From the NCBI GenBank assembly GCA_053919585.1, contig CM132828.1: a DNA stretch of 64,000 bases; one strand, written 5' to 3'. The DNA is from Euprymna scolopes. Taxonomy: Eukaryota. The notes under the pieces are model-generated. The model had not been told where the DNA came from, did not search any database, and worked only from the letters and a program-made list of their open reading frames with translations. Each line of letters opens with the position of its first letter. Within the stretch, counting starts at the first letter, position 1. Below are positions 38,001 through 51,839 of this stretch, one piece after another. The translations under genes were made by a program, and so were the position numbers.

Positions 38001-40982
38001 CGATGTTGCTGTCAAAAAGTGTATGTTTCAGGTGATTGCAGTTCATGCATCTAGTGCCTCTTGAGAGAGGGTCTCCTTCTGCAATCTTGACAATTTTATC
38101 GTGGGTCCGAAGCGTGTAGTTTTTATGGGGGATTGGAACACCATCCTTGACCCTAGTATAGATAAGTTAGTAGGTGAAGCTAGAAGGTCAGAGACGTGTG
38201 AAACCAGCCTGACTGCCCTAATGGCTAGATGCAATTTGGTTAACAAGTTCCACGTCAAGCACCCAGGGAGGGAGATGTTGACCAATAGTGTAGACTTCTG
38301 CCCAAACACCTATCTGGAGAGGATGTTAGTAAAAAGAGGCGACATAGAGCTCTTAGATTGTCCCACATTCCACTGGCTCGAACAGTTGGATCATAAACTA
38401 GTTGTGGCCTGTCTGAATCTGAGGAATAGACCCAAACTAGGAGGGTACTGAAAGTTGATTACCTCCTACTGGAGATGCAAGACTTCCGAGTAAAACTAGC
38501 TAGACTCATCCAAGAAGCCTCAGTGGGATTGGTTATAGGGAGTAGATGGAGGTTTAGCTTAAAAACTAAAATTAGAAACTTCTCCGTCACATACACTCAT
38601 CACTTCACAGCAGGTAAAGCCAGGACAAAGAAGAAGCTAGAGGAAAAATTAGCTAGGGTCACGGGTTTGAGGGATACTGTAGGTCAGGAACTAGCTAGGC
38701 AGGACATGCGACACAAGGCTGGCGAGTGTTACGAAGGCCAAGTAGTTAGTGCTAGGTTTAGGAAATTAGCTGATAAAACTATAAACTCTGATGCAGAAAC
38801 ATGTAGGGAGGTCTCCATGCATTGCTCAAACAAGTTTATAGCTAACGTCAAGCACCCAGATGGACGCACCCTGAAGTTTACTTGGGAGATCTGCTAGGGA
38901 TTTTGAGAGCATTTCAAAGAGCATTTCACACAACAGTCTGATCTCCCTGTCCATGAATTTGGTAACTATTTGGCTGACTCTCCCTGTCTTGATGCGGCTA
39001 TTTGCGAGGGCAGAGTAACTGAGCAGTAGGTCCTGACTGCACTGGAGCAGATCAGCTGCAGCATTCGTCAGGACTTACTGGTTTGCCTTATGAATTGTAT
39101 TTGAGGCTGTCATCTATGTGGATACCGATTTTGATGGATGTGTTCAACTACTGGTTTGACGAAGGTTCCATTCCGGGTCAAGTCAAGAAGGGAGTGATCA
39201 CGTTGCTGAGGAAAACAGATAGGCATGGCAGGGAAGAACTAGATGATTACAGGCTCATAACTCTAATAAAAACAGAATTAAAGATTTTGGCCCAGGTCTT
39301 ATTGAATCGGGGGCAGTAGTGGACACACTCAAGGAAAGCGTGGAAGAATAATCGCCTAAAGGGAAACCCATCTCATGAAACATGCCCAAGACAGCAAAAC
39401 AATCATCCAACCCCATAAAAGACCCCCCTGCCCAAGCCATCAGAGGGAGCTGCATAAGGTAAAACCGCTGAAAAAAGACTCTCTGCAGGAATATAAAGAT
39501 TTGTACCTCACAAAGTAGCAGGAGTATATTGAGTGGAACATCCTCAAGTACATACCTGGGACTGAGAGGTGATGGAAGACAAGGTCTTGTCCTTCATCAC
39601 TTCGGACATCAGGTAAAATCAGCTCAAGGGGGTGAAAAAAGGAAGTAATGGTGGAGCTCCTCCAGAAACTGAATATACCCACCAAGTATATACATCAGAG
39701 AAGCTTCGCAATGTGGGACATACTGCTCCTAACTAGGACAAAGCAGAAAGGCACTCATGCAGGTAACTCAGATGCTCAGTAGTCATGCTGCTATCAGAGT
39801 ACCAAGGTAGAAGAACCTGGGTACAAATATTTAATGCTCCTGCTGACCTACACATAGAACTGCTGGAAAACTTCTTTAGTAAGTTTGGACAGGTGGAGCG
39901 GATGGATCTGGCGTGCACAAAAAATGGTGTCTACCTGGGAAGCTATGCAGTAGCGACGTGGGTGAAAAGAGAGGGCTTCTTAGGCATACCAGCAGCCATA
40001 TCCTTTAAGGAAGCCAACATGATCTTGAGTATCCTTGTCCGATTACCGTATTCAGTGTCATTGACGACATGAGGCCGCCATGGAATTGGGAAAAGCAAAT
40101 GGTCTACATTATGATCTTGGCTGTGGCGAGAATGATGATTTTGACGTCGCAACTGCAAGGTGGCCAGGGAGTGTTGTCTTTTTCTTATCAGGATCTGATC
40201 GCTTTCTTTAAACACCAACTATGAGTGAAGATCAGATATGAATAAAAGAGGCTGCATTGCACAGCATTTGACAGAAGATGGATATATGTAGCAAATCTGT
40301 GCGTACGAAAAGGAACCAAATTTGAATATGTGTTCCCCACCTAGGTGTTGAACGCGCAGTTCTGTCAAGTGTAACATAATCTTTAGCTTCTTAGCTAGCT
40401 GAGTGAGTGCTCCATCCCTCTCCGACTAGGAAGCCTCCGAGATCCCCACTCATTCTTAACAGCAATTTTTCTTTGTAACCCTCCCTCTAAATTTCACCCA
40501 TCTTGGAGAGGAAGCAATCAATCACTAACCCCTCATCCTTCACCCACCAATTTTTTCTTGTCCTCATTTCATCCCATCTAGAGGGCATCCTCACTTAGAG
40601 ACTGTCCCACAGGAGATTAGGTTCCTTTACAAACCAAAGTGTAACAGGCGGTCTATCAACTTGATGGGTTTGAGAGGGTCCTAATAACCACTTTTGTATT
40701 TTTTCTTCCCCCACCCTCAGCAAAAATCAACTATTGTACCATTATTGTCATCGTTTTTGTTTTTACACATTAATAAAAAATGTTTTGAACAATTGGGTGC
40801 TAAGTAGGACGTCCCCCAGTATGAAAGGTAAATGCGGTATTATGGTGGAACAAGATACTAGCTAAGAGAGAATTTTGTTCAGTTCCGGAGTGACAAAGAT
40901 GACCAACGACCTCCACTATCCCCCCTTTTGAGTTGACCATGTGCCTAATATTTTTTTCATGTAAATTTTTGCCTGAATAACC
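35035..40982 (+). mobile_element. Element J: longest Tx1-like copy (5'UTR, type-III ORF1, ORF2 APE + N-terminal RT), joined to a type-I ORF1 fragment (39310-40024), ORF2 end and type-I 3'UTR
   Basis: ATG 35407; CLFCQKQGHLVKEC ~36621-36663; APE SLNARGL ~37737, MGDWNTILDP, DHKLV; PYELYLRL. Confidence 0.82.
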
Positions 40983-41001
40983 TCAAAGTGTAATATCTGT
41001 T

Positions 41002-42555
41002 ATAAGTACATTTTTCCTTTGCGCAAGTGGCACATTGTCATGCCCAGAACACACTGACAAGCCTTTTTAAGGTAGCCTTCTGTCTGCACCCCCCAAGTTT
41101 GTCTATCTTTCTCTGCTCTCCCTTCGCCAGGGGGGATCTGAACTGTTAATTACGACCTTCCTTCGAGGGAGGGTCGGACACATTTTCTCTCTTCCCGCCA
41201 ATTAACTCCCCATTCCCTCTCTCAGTTCTATGCCCTCTTCTTGCTGCCTTTGGCACAATTTCCTTTTTGGCGAGAAAGTCAGCTCTCCACTTTGGATGCC
41301 GTCTCCACGTCAGTCAAGACTGTGATTTTGGGATTTTACTGTACCTTTGACTGGCCATGGCGACTGAAGACACTGGAAGAGAGAAAAAGGAGACAACCCC
41401 CAGCGCGGAGATGATGACTCTCCCAAAGGACAACTCCCCAAATTGTGGAGCAACACTTAAAAATGAAGAGGCGTACCACCCAAATAACATGGCGGCAGGG
41501 GCAGCAGCCTCAAAAGACTGTGCGCGGGAGATGCTTCCCATAAGAGCAGTTTCCCGAAAAAGGGAACTAATTGCAAAACAGGAGGAGCACACCCAAGAAG
41601 TCCTCCAAACCAAGGGGCAGCAGCCCCAAAAGATATTACCAGGGAAGAAGCTTCCCGCGAGGGCATCTTCCCCTTAACAGAAGAAAATGACTAAAAAGAA
41701 GAGGCATACCACCTGGAAATGAAATGAATGCAAGGAAGCAGCTGCCTCAATAGACATGATGAAGGGGGATGCTTCTCCAGAGGGAAGCTCCCTGAAAAAG
41801 GGAGCAGTACTGGACACTCAAGAAGAGCACGGGAGACTCAGCCCCTACAGACACCATGTATATACACCAGAGGAGCTTCGCAATGTGGGACATACTGTTC
41901 TTCAACAAGGGTGAAGCAGAAAGGTTCTCACACAGAGAGCTTTTATGCACAGGAGTCAAGCGGCTGCCGGACTACCAGGGTAGGAGAAGAACCCGGGTAC
42001 AAATATTTAATGCTCCTTCCGATCTATGCACAGAACTACTGGGAGCCTTCCTCAGTAAGTTTGGAGAGGTGGAGCAGATGGACCCGGCATGGTGTCAACC
42101 TGGGAAGCTATACAGTAGCGATGCAGGTGAAAAGAGAGGACTTCTTAGGCATACCAGCAGCAATATCCTTAAAGGAAGCCAAAATGATGATGGTGGTCGA
42201 GAGTCGATGCCCTCATTGTTGGTTCTGTCAGAAACAGCTGGATGGCAAAGAACTGCCTCCCAAGCCAACTTGCACCACAAGTAAACACAGTTCCAGCAGC
42301 GGGTGTGGTGACAGCCACTGAAACTTAGGAATCACCAGCATCAGCCCTTGAGTCAACAAAATGCAAGGAGACCAAGGATAAGTGGAGTATGGGGGCAGGG
42401 CGTAAACGGAAGAACACATCTATCTCCAAAAAAATAGAAAAATAGGAAAAAGACAAGCCTTTTTCCTTTCTTGACCTTTGGACAAGATTGTGGATTTTTT
42501 GTTCTCCTTTTATCCATGTTATATTTTTATTAACCTGAATAAAAGATTTAATACC
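41002..42555 (+). mobile_element. Element K: ORF1-only (type I) derivative with short 3' tail
   Basis: ATG 41357 (MATEDTGREKK), CPHCWFCQKQ; ~130-bp tail with AATAAA, then the U2 motif. Confidence 0.78.
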
Positions 42556-42578
42556 TCAAAGTGTATTATCTGTTCTTA

Positions 42579-45213
42579 CTAACTTTTTTTCTTTCTCACA
42601 AGGCAGTGCTATTTTGGTGACACATTCTCATGCCTATAACACACTGACAAGTTTTGGTTCTATTTTGAGTTAGCATTCTATCTGCAACTCCCACACTGTC
42701 TATCAGTCTCTGCTCTCCTCATTATGAAGGGAGATCTGAGCTGTTAATTATGAGGGAGGGTCGGACACACTTTCTCTCTTCCCTTCAATTAACTCCACAC
42801 TCCCTCTCTCAGTTCTATCTCCCCTCTTGCCATCATTGCTATCACTTTTTTTGGTGCCAAATTCAGCTCCCCACTACGGATGCTGTCTCCACGTTACTCA
42901 TTTTACTGACAGTCGTGATGGAAATCAACTGAAAGTGTCAAATCCTTGGGGGCCACCACTATGGATACCCCAGCCCGGGGGCCACCACAGAAACAATTGC
43001 TCCCTCAGAAGACGACTCCCCATCAGGAGGAGCAAAAACACCAATACACAATAGAGTGTACCACCCAGACAAAGAATTAATAAGGGGCGTTCTCCTGAAG
43101 AGGGGAAATCTACCAGCAGCACTCCATGAGGACAACTCCTCTCCAAAGGGGAGACAAACCAATGCCGGATGGAGCATCTTGCTCATGCAATAACATGGAA
43201 GAGACACTAGCCCCAAAGGACAATAAAGAGAACAGTGCACTGCAGGAGGATTGCTCCCCCAACGAGGAGCAAATCAAGAGAATGAGGTGGCATACCGCAT
43301 GGACCTCATAAACAAGGAAGAGGCAGATGCCCCCAAGGACAATAAAGGGGACAACGCTTGCCAATAGGCCGACTCCCCCAAAATGGAAGCTGTTTCCAGA
43401 AGTTACATCAACAAACTAAACTGTGTTTTGGGTGATTACAGTTCATGCACCCAGCATTGATCGCAAGAGGGTTTCATTCTTTGGTCAGCTCGGCGCGTTC
43501 ATAGAATGTCGGAAGCGAGTAGTGCTGATGAGGGAATGAAATGCCATCTTATACACCGAGATAGATAAGGTAGGATGCAAAACTAAAGGGTCAGAGAAGT
43601 GCGAGTCGAGCCTGGCTGATCTGATCACTAGATGCGGTTTGGTCAACAGGTTTCGGGCTGAGCGGGAGATGAGGAAGTTGACCAATAATGTTTTCTCCTA
43701 TCCAAATACCTATTTGTACAGGATGTTTGCTAGGAAAGCTGACATAGACTTCTTATCTTGTCCCACGTTCACTTGGCTAGGCCAGACACACCATAGACTA
43801 GTTATGGCCCAGGTGAAGTTAGGAAATAGGCCTGAGTTAGCAGGGTACTGGAAGTTTAACACCTCCCTTCTGGAGATACAAGATGTTTGAGATAAATTAA
43901 TAGAGTTAATTCAAAAGACACTAGTGGGAGCAATTATCAAGAGTAAGTGGTGGGTGGGTCTTAAAGCTAAAATTAGAAAATTCTCCATCAAGTATGCCCA
44001 GCGCCTCACACTAGATAAAACCAAGACGAAGAAGCAGCTAAAGCAGAAATTAGCCTGGGCTATGGGGGAGGGCAATAGGGTTAGTCAGATCTTCTGCACA
44101 AGACTAGCAAGCATTAGAAAGATCAAGTAATTAGAGAAAGGCTTATAAAGATAGAAACCGAAGAAATCAACTCTGATGCGGACGTGTGTCACAAGGTGTC
44201 TAGGTGTGGCTCTGACAAGTATATTGACAAAGAAAAATATCTGGATGGACGCACATTAGAGTCGACTTGGGGGACTTGCAAGGAGCATTTTATGCAGCAG
44301 CCCAATCTTCTGGTCAACGAGTTTAGTGACTATTTAGCTAGTTGTAAGGGCCAGGTGATGGAGCAGGATATTTTTACTGCGCTGAAACAGGTCAGCTGTT
44401 ACAGATGGCCGGGACTCAATGGCCTTCCATACAAATTCTATTTGAGGCTGTCGCCTATTTTTCTGCCTCTTCTGATGGGAGTGTTCAACCATTGATTTTG
44501 AGGCAAGTCACCAGGCAAAGGAGTGATCACTTTGCTGAGGAAAGGTGACAGGCATGGCAGAGAAGAATTAGATGACTACAGGCCCATAACTCTGCTAAAC
44601 ACAGAGTTGAGGATTTGGGCCAAGGTCTTCTCGAATCGACTGCAGGTTGTTATCAGCGACTTAATCGAATTGGAGCAAAACTACACTGTGAAGGGAAAAT
44701 AAATTCAGAACAACTTGCACGATCCTGAAGGAAGGGATAAAAGATTGCATGGAAGCTGTGCTGATCAATTTAAACTAGTTCAAAGCTTTCAGTAGGATTG
44801 ACCATGGTTTTTCTGGCATCTGTCTTAGAGGCTACTGGTTTTAAACCAGACTTCTGCAAGTGGATATCCATGATGTATCGATAACCCACGGCTGTCGGAC
44901 GATTCAACAAAAAGCACTCAAAACCCTTTGTTATCTTTCTTACTCGGTTCAACAGGGTTGTCAGCTGCTGCCTCTGCTTTATGTCCTGGCTTTGGAACTT
45001 CTGCTCTGCATGCTGAAACGTAGGAAGGAACATTCGACCCTTCATGGAACAGCTGTGCCTGGCGGCTTGGCCACCAGAGTGTCCGCGATGATGTCACGGT
45101 CTTTGTGTCAAGCTTTTGAGACATTGAGATCATATCACAGGCTCTCAGTTGGTATGAAAGAATCATAGGGGCCAAGATAAACCGCAGCAAGTCGGTCGGA
45201 CTGTGGTTAAGCG
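42579..45213 (+). mobile_element. Element L: 5'UTR, type-II ORF1 start, deletion, ORF2 APE/RT
   Basis: ATG 42961; GYWKFNTSLL, PGLNGLPYKFY, YRPITLLNTE, QQGCQLLPLLY. Confidence 0.8.
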
Positions 45214-48060
45214 CCTATGCTGAGTAAACATCAAACCTATTTACCAGCACCTGACAATCCCCGTCCAAAATAAAGTGGGTCTCCTGAACGATATCTACCT
45301 GGAGAGACACCAGATCTCTCAGCACATGCATGGCTTTGATCAACAGATTTAAACAGTGACACACATGGGACTGAAGTCCCTGGGAGTGAGGACATGGCAG
45401 TCCTGTCCAAGACTGCCTAAAAGCATCCCCCATCCAAGACAAATGTTATCTTGAGTGTCCTGTAAAACGAAAGGTAAACATAAAGAGGAACCCTACCTTT
45501 GCATCACACTGCCAGCTGCTTCAGTGATGAATGCTCATCGTCCACCAGCTGCTGGTTCGGGAATGCCTTCTTACCCTCCTCCACCATGCTTCATAGGGCT
45601 CTGGTTCGGTTGTCCATTTGTCCTCTCACAAATGTGGTCAGCATTGGAACGTCCTTGAACTTTGTGGGGTCCGTCATGCTGTCCCCCTAGACATAAACAA
45701 AGTTTCTTAGTTTGTTGTAAGATGCCTCCTGCTTACCCTTAAAGTCTAGGTAGGCTTGCAGAGGGTCAGTCTCACACTTGTCTCCAGGCTGGAATGGAAG
45801 TTTCTTTGTCCGTTCACTACTGATTGGAGGGACGGGTTTAGGTTTTCCAGGCTCTCCTCTCGCTTTTTGTCAGGAGGCCTATCCTTGGAAGAAGTGTGTG
45901 AAGCGTTTTTTTTTTTTTTGGGGGGGGGGGGTTGTAGGAGGTGGGTAGTCTTCTCAGCTTGAGAGGTGTTTGGGAGCTGAGGTTTTTCCTCCTTCGAAGT
46001 CTTTTCGAAGGGGGTGGGCTGGGAGCTGCCTCCCTGCTCTTCTTATACTTCTTCCTCCCGGTCTTTTCTTTGTTCTCCACCCGAGCCGAGCTATCAATCT
46101 AAACCTCTCCCTCAGATACTGCTTCTTCTTCCGACTCAGGTGGGAAGTCCGGAAGCTTCCATTTGCCCCTATTGTTGGTGTGGCGTCCTCCGTATTCATG
46201 GGTTCACTAGTGCTGGGAGCCTCTTGCTGTTGCTGCCGTTGCTGAAGTTTTTTCTGCTGTTTCTGCTGCTGTTGTTGTTACTGCTGTCATTGCAGCTGCC
46301 GCTGTTGTTGCCAGTGCTGCTGTTGAGTAGGTGATGAGGTTGCAGCAGAGATGAGGGCATTCTTCTGTTTAATCCTCGCTACCATACTCCACTGACTTTT
46401 TGTCACTTCACTGGACTTTATCGATTCTGGGGCTGGAGTCTGTGACTCCTTAACTTCAATAGTGATGGTTGTTGCTGATGCTGTGTTCACTTGTGGTGCT
46501 GGTTAGCTTGGAGCCGTTTTTTTTGGGCAGTTCTTTGCCATGTGGTCCTGTTTCTGACAGAACCAACAATGAGGGTGTTGACCCTCAACAACTTGCTGGT
46601 AGGAAGCCCTCTCTTTTCAACCTTATTGCAACTGTGTAGCTACTCAAGTGAACATCGTTCTGTTTTTGGAGTGTTCGGGTCCACCTACCCCATTTCCCCA
46701 AACTGGCTAAGGAAAGACCTCAATAGTTCTGGAGTATTGAAAATCTGTACTCAGGTTCTCCTCCAACCTGGTACTCCGGCAGCAGCTTGATTCCTCCGCA
46801 TTTAAGCTCCCTGTGTGAGAATTTTTCAACATCGTCTTTGTTAGGGAGCAGTATGTTCCACATTGAAAAGCTCTTCTGATGTATGTACTTGGCAGGTGCA
46901 TTCAGCTGAAAGAGCTCTGCTATCTTCTGCTTTTTCAGACCCCTGAGACTGTTTTCCCAGAGGTCGGAAGTGACAAAAGACAGGATCTTGTCCTTTATCG
47001 CCTCCCGATCTTCTGGTATAAACTTGTGGACGTTCCCCTGAGTATAATCCTTGTACTTTGTAAGGTACAAGTCCTTGTAATCCTGTGGGGAGAGTCTCTT
47101 TTTAATGGTCTTATCCCACGCCCATCCCTCTGATGGCTTGGGGTGAGGGGCTCTTTTGTGGATTTGTTTACTCTCTTGGAGGGTTTTTTGTGAGTCGGAT
47201 TTCAATTTACAGGCCGATTCTTGCATGCTTTCTTTTGATGTGTGCAGGACAGCTCCTTTTTTCAGGCAGCTTCCTTCTGGGGAAGCGTCCCCCCTTAATA
47301 GTGTCTCTGTAGGCAGCTGACTCTGCCAGTGTTTGTTTTCAGGTGGTATGCCTCTTTTCCTGGGAGTTTTCTCCCTTTTTGGGGCAGTTACTCTTTTCGG
47401 ATCTTCTTCCCCGGCAATGTCTTTTAGGGCTGCTGCCTCTTGGTTTCGAAGATCTGTTTGGTGTGCCTCTCGTTTCTGCAGTTTGCCTCCTCCTTAAGGG
47501 AACTGCTCTCATGTGGAGCATCTCCTATGGCCAAGGTCTTTTGTAGCGGTTGCTCCTATCTCTATCTAATCTGGGCGGTACACCCCTTCGTTTTTTGTGT
47601 TGTTCTCCCATTTGGGGAGTCATCCTTTGAGGAAGTCGTCTCTTCTGTGCTGGAGAATGTTGCTGGCATTTCTCTTCTGCCATCTGCAGTCTCCATGGTC
47701 GGTCAAAGGGCAGGTAGAGATAAAGTCCAAAATCACGGTTTTGACTGACGTGGAGACAACGTACAAAGTGGGGAGCCGATTTTGCGCAAAAAAAAAAAAA
47801 AGTGATGCCACAGGTGGCAAGAGGAGGAGATAGAACTGAGAGAGGGAGTGGAGGAAAAAGAGTAAGTCTGTCCGACCCGCCCTCGTGGGAAGGTCGTGGT
47901 TATTACCTTAGATCCTCCCCAGCTCAAAGGGAAAGCAGTGAAGGATAGACAAAGTGGAGGTTGCGGAGAGAATGCTAACCCAAAAAAGCTTGTTAATGTG
48001 TTCCACGTATGAGAATGTGTCGCCAGAAGAGCACTGCCTCACACGAAAGAAAAAATGTAG
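45214..48060 (-). mobile_element. Element M: 5'UTR, ORF1 and ORF2 APE start
   Basis: ATG 47696; LSPQDYKDLYLTKY; APE VDIVQETHF at 45215-45442; leader homologous to B and J. Confidence 0.8.
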
Positions 48061-48270
48061 TAAGAACAGACAGTACACGTAAAGACTACAATTTGTATTA
48101 TTAATGTTATCAATTTTGTCGCAGCTTTCTTTTTTAGATTTAATAAAAAATATCGCTGCATTAAGCGTCCTAAATTATGAGATGAGAAAATGAACAAATC
48201 TCTTTGTAAAAGAGAGTTATCTCCCTTTTCACAGTGAATGATTGTAAAACTGTGCCAACTTAATTTCACA

Positions 48271-48271
<1 letters not shown>

Positions 48272-48310
<39 letters not shown>
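48272..48310. repeat. (TA)n microsatellite
   Basis: Directly visible. Confidence 0.95.
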
Positions 48311-48312
<2 letters not shown>

Positions 48313-48530
48313 TGAAAGTTTACAAAAAAAACCCAGAAATAAACAAAACATTAGGCACAAGGTCACTCAAAAATTGGGTGGGGGTTGTCTATGATCATCC
48401 TCGTCACCGTACCTTTGCTAGTCTAAGTTTGATCCTAGCTAAAGTTCCCATTCACCACAATACCTAAAGCACACCGGGGGGGGGGGGGTCGACCTTCCTA
48501 AAATTCTGAAATCATATTGTGTTTGTGTGT
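48311..48530 (-). mobile_element. Isolated type-II Tx1-like 3'UTR end
   Basis: TTAGGCACAAGG..ACTCAAAAATTGGG...TCATCCTCGTCAC matches 24695-24850. Confidence 0.78.
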
Positions 48531-48550
48531 TTAAAATTTTTTTTTTTTTT

Positions 48551-49051
48551 CGTAGCCAAGAAGCCTTTTTTGTATTTCTTGGATTTTTTGGTATTTATTG
48601 GTATTTATTTGCTTCCTGATAAAATCAAAATGTGACACAAGATCGTTTTTAATGTTGGGGAAAACGAGCTCCACTTAAACGAGGGCAAAAAAGGGTGCAC
48701 TCTGGCAGTATCCAAATAAATAGTAATTGTCTCAGTATGAAGGATTTCCCCTACATTGACCAAGGACTAATTAAGTTAAGTAAAACATCAGAACAGATAC
48801 TACACCTTGAACAACAGAAAAAAAATCAAGCCTTTTTTCTATTTATTGGTATTTATTTGCGTCCCCATGAAAGCTATATGTGACACAAGGTCGTTTTTAA
48901 TGTGAGGGGGAAACCAGCTCCCCAAAAACAAGGGTAAAAAGAGGGCACTCTGGCAGTATACAAAAATTGTAATCGTCTAAGTATGAAGGGTTTCCCCTAC
49001 ATTGACCAAGGACCAATTAAGTGAAACATCAGAACAGATACTACACTTTGA
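48551..49051 (-). mobile_element. Two tandem ~240-260-bp non-coding mini-units, each headed by the U2 motif
   Basis: 48551-48810 and 48811-49051 share CCCCTACATTGACCAAGGAC, CACTCTGGCAGTAT and TGTGACACAAG(A/G)TCGTTTTTAATG. Confidence 0.75.
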
Positions 49052-49182
49052 GGCATCAAATCCTTTATTCAGGTTAAAATACAAACATGAACAAAATTTT
49101 AGGTACGAGGCTAACTCGAAAGATGGAAAAAATGGAGTTCATTGGTCATCCTTATCACTCCAGAACTAAACAAAGGTTCTCT

Positions 49183-50543
49183 TGTGACAAGTACTGTGGA
49201 CCGGACAACGTCGGGTTGTCTTGCTTGTTGCGGAGCAGTCTCCTGGGTGGTCCTTTTAACATGAGTTCAGGAGATTTCACATTGTTGAATCTAAGTGGTG
49301 ATGATAATAAAAAGAATAAATCTGTTTTCTTAATAGATAATCAAAATGCCCCACGCACTGTACCTCTGTTGGGATCATAAATGAAGATTGTAACTCTGTG
49401 GAAAAAGGCCACTTGAGTTTTATTTGACCATCAGGATATGAAGTCAAGTAGTTAAACTGTCCAGTGGTTTTAATTATTGGATTGACCGTGAAATCACTTT
49501 GGAAATAGGGTTAACTATGATGACCGATTCACTTATCCTACTTTATACATATGGTCTTTCGGAGACCACTCCCACGAGTAACAGTAAAGGGTAGAGACAG
49601 AGAGGGAGAGAGAGACAGACAGACAGACACAGAGAGAGAAAGAGAAAGTCCCAAATAGAAAGGGGGCATAAACTAAAAGTTATAGAAATAATGTAAAGAA
49701 ATGCTTTTTAGCAATTGGGGAGAATTTATTGGTGAGGAGAGTCTGTTGTACAGGCCGTTGGACATGTGGTCCAACAGCCTGGCTGAAAAACCTTAATTCA
49801 AACCATTATAATCCTGCACCCAGAAGTCAGTCTGATTTACCAAGCTTATAAAGGCTCCTAGCTCATGTCCTTACTGAGTCTGTACCTGTAACAACATTGA
49901 ATAATTAATGTTACTAAAAAGACTGTCTTTGTGATTTCTTTTGTTGTTGCCTGTGGTTGTGAAATGAATTCTTCCCTAGACCGATGTTTCAAGATGCAGC
50001 AGAGGAGAATGCATCTGCCTGTGAAAGAGGACCTCCTCCTCAATGTCCAACATCAGACGACCAGCTGACGTACCCCTGTGGTAGTTACCGACCAGCGATC
50101 CTGAGAGCAGAACTGTCACATGAACTTAGGGTTATGCACGAGTTGCGTGTTCAAGTAGAAAATCGATGAGTTCCAGCAACCAGCGAGCGTCTGGCATAGA
50201 TATGAAGGTCCTAACCACTAGACAAAGAAAAGATAAAGATAAAAACTAGACGATCAAACCACAACAAGGAGTTATGAATAAGTCTTCACCAGTTTAAAGA
50301 CTTTTAATTCACAAGGAGTTCCAGAGTTAAATGTTCTCAAAAGCTTTTGAAAAGTTTTGAAGATTAAAAGTCGTGCAAAAAGGGTCCAGACGCAAGGTTA
50401 TTGAATGTTATTTGACCGGTATATTGAATTTTATTTTATTTTATTTTCAAAAATGTAGCCTCGAGCCGTTGGGTGTGGGGTTACCTTTAAGGTGCATCCC
50501 AACTCTGCTCCCGGCGACGGACGACGCAGCACATAGGGTTATA
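49183..50543. mobile_element. Probable solo LTR (1.36 kb) interrupting a minus-strand type-I 3'UTR
   Basis: Termini TGTGAC...GTTATA (CA decayed to TA), 4-bp TSD CTCT (49179-49182, 50544-50547); host UTR (49052-49182 + 50548-51180) is continuous when compared with 32941-33060. Confidence 0.72.
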
Positions 50544-51839
50544 CTCTTAGCTAGCACCCTCTTCCAATATAATACCACATTCACCTATTCATATTGGGGA
50601 ACGTCCAACTTAGAACCCAATCATTTAAAACATTTTTTATTGAATTGTAAAAACAAAAACGATAACAATAATGATATTACAATAATTAAATTTGTGTCAA
50701 GAGTGGGGGAGGAGAAAAAAAAAATTATAAAAGTAGCTAGTAGGACCATCCTAATCCCATCTAATTGATAGACCACCTGTTTCACTTCAGTTCGTAAAGG
50801 AACCTGATATCCTGTGAGACAGTCTCTAGGTAGGGGTGCACTCTAGATGGGACGAAAGGGAGAAAAGAAAAATTGGTGGGTAAGGGGGGGATGTTAATGA
50901 TTGATTTCTTTCTCTCCAAAATAGGTGAAAATTAAGGTGGGGGGGGGAGGATTGCAATTAGGAGGGGTTGGAGATCTTGGAGGCTTCCTAGTCGGGGAGG
51001 GATGGGGAACTCACTCGGCTAGCTAAGAGGTTAAAATTAGGATCGGGATGGGTCCAATAGACTCCGGAATTGTGCACTCCACACTTAGGCAGGGAGCACG
51101 TATTCAAATTTGGCTCCTTTTTGTACACACAGACTTGCTATGTGTATCCATCTTCTGTCAAATATGGCGTGATGCAGCCTCGGGGGAGCAACACTTAAAA
51201 ATGAAGGGGCAGGGGTGGTAGTCCCAAAAGACAATGCACAGGAAGATGCTCCCCTAAAGAGGTAGCTAATTGCAAAACTGAGGAGGCACACCCAAGAAGT
51301 ATTTCAAACCAAGGGGCAGCAGCCTGAAAAGACATTACCAAAGAAGCTCCCTGTGAGAGCAGCTTCCCTCAAAAAGGGAGAAAATGATCAAAAAGAAGAG
51401 GCATACCGCCTAGAAATGAATACTGGCAAAGAAGCAGCTGCCTCAAGAGACACGGTGGAGGGAGATGTTCCCTAAAAAAGGGAACAGTACTGGACACACT
51501 CAAGGAGAGTGCGGGAAAATCAGCCTCTAAAGGCAAACCCGTCTCATGAAACACCTATAAGACAGCAAAACCATCATCCAACCCCATAAAAGACCCCTCG
51601 CCAAGCCATCAGAAGGATCTGCATGGGGTAAAACCATTGAAAAGAGACTCGCTACAGAAATATAAAGACTTGTACCTTACCAAGTACAAGGAATATATTG
51701 AGGGGAACATCCTCAAGCCAATACCTGGGGACTGAGAGGCAATGGAGGACAAGGTCCTATCCTTCGTCACTTCGGACATCAGGGAAAATTGGCTGAAAGG
51801 AGTGAAAAGAAAGAAATGACAGAGCATCTCCAGAAACTG

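Noticed and set aside
48551-49051. Divergent full-length U2 snRNA genes
   Set aside because: Beyond the 21-nt motif there is no recognisable stem IIa/IIb; the Sm-like site is in one unit only; remaining similarities are weak.
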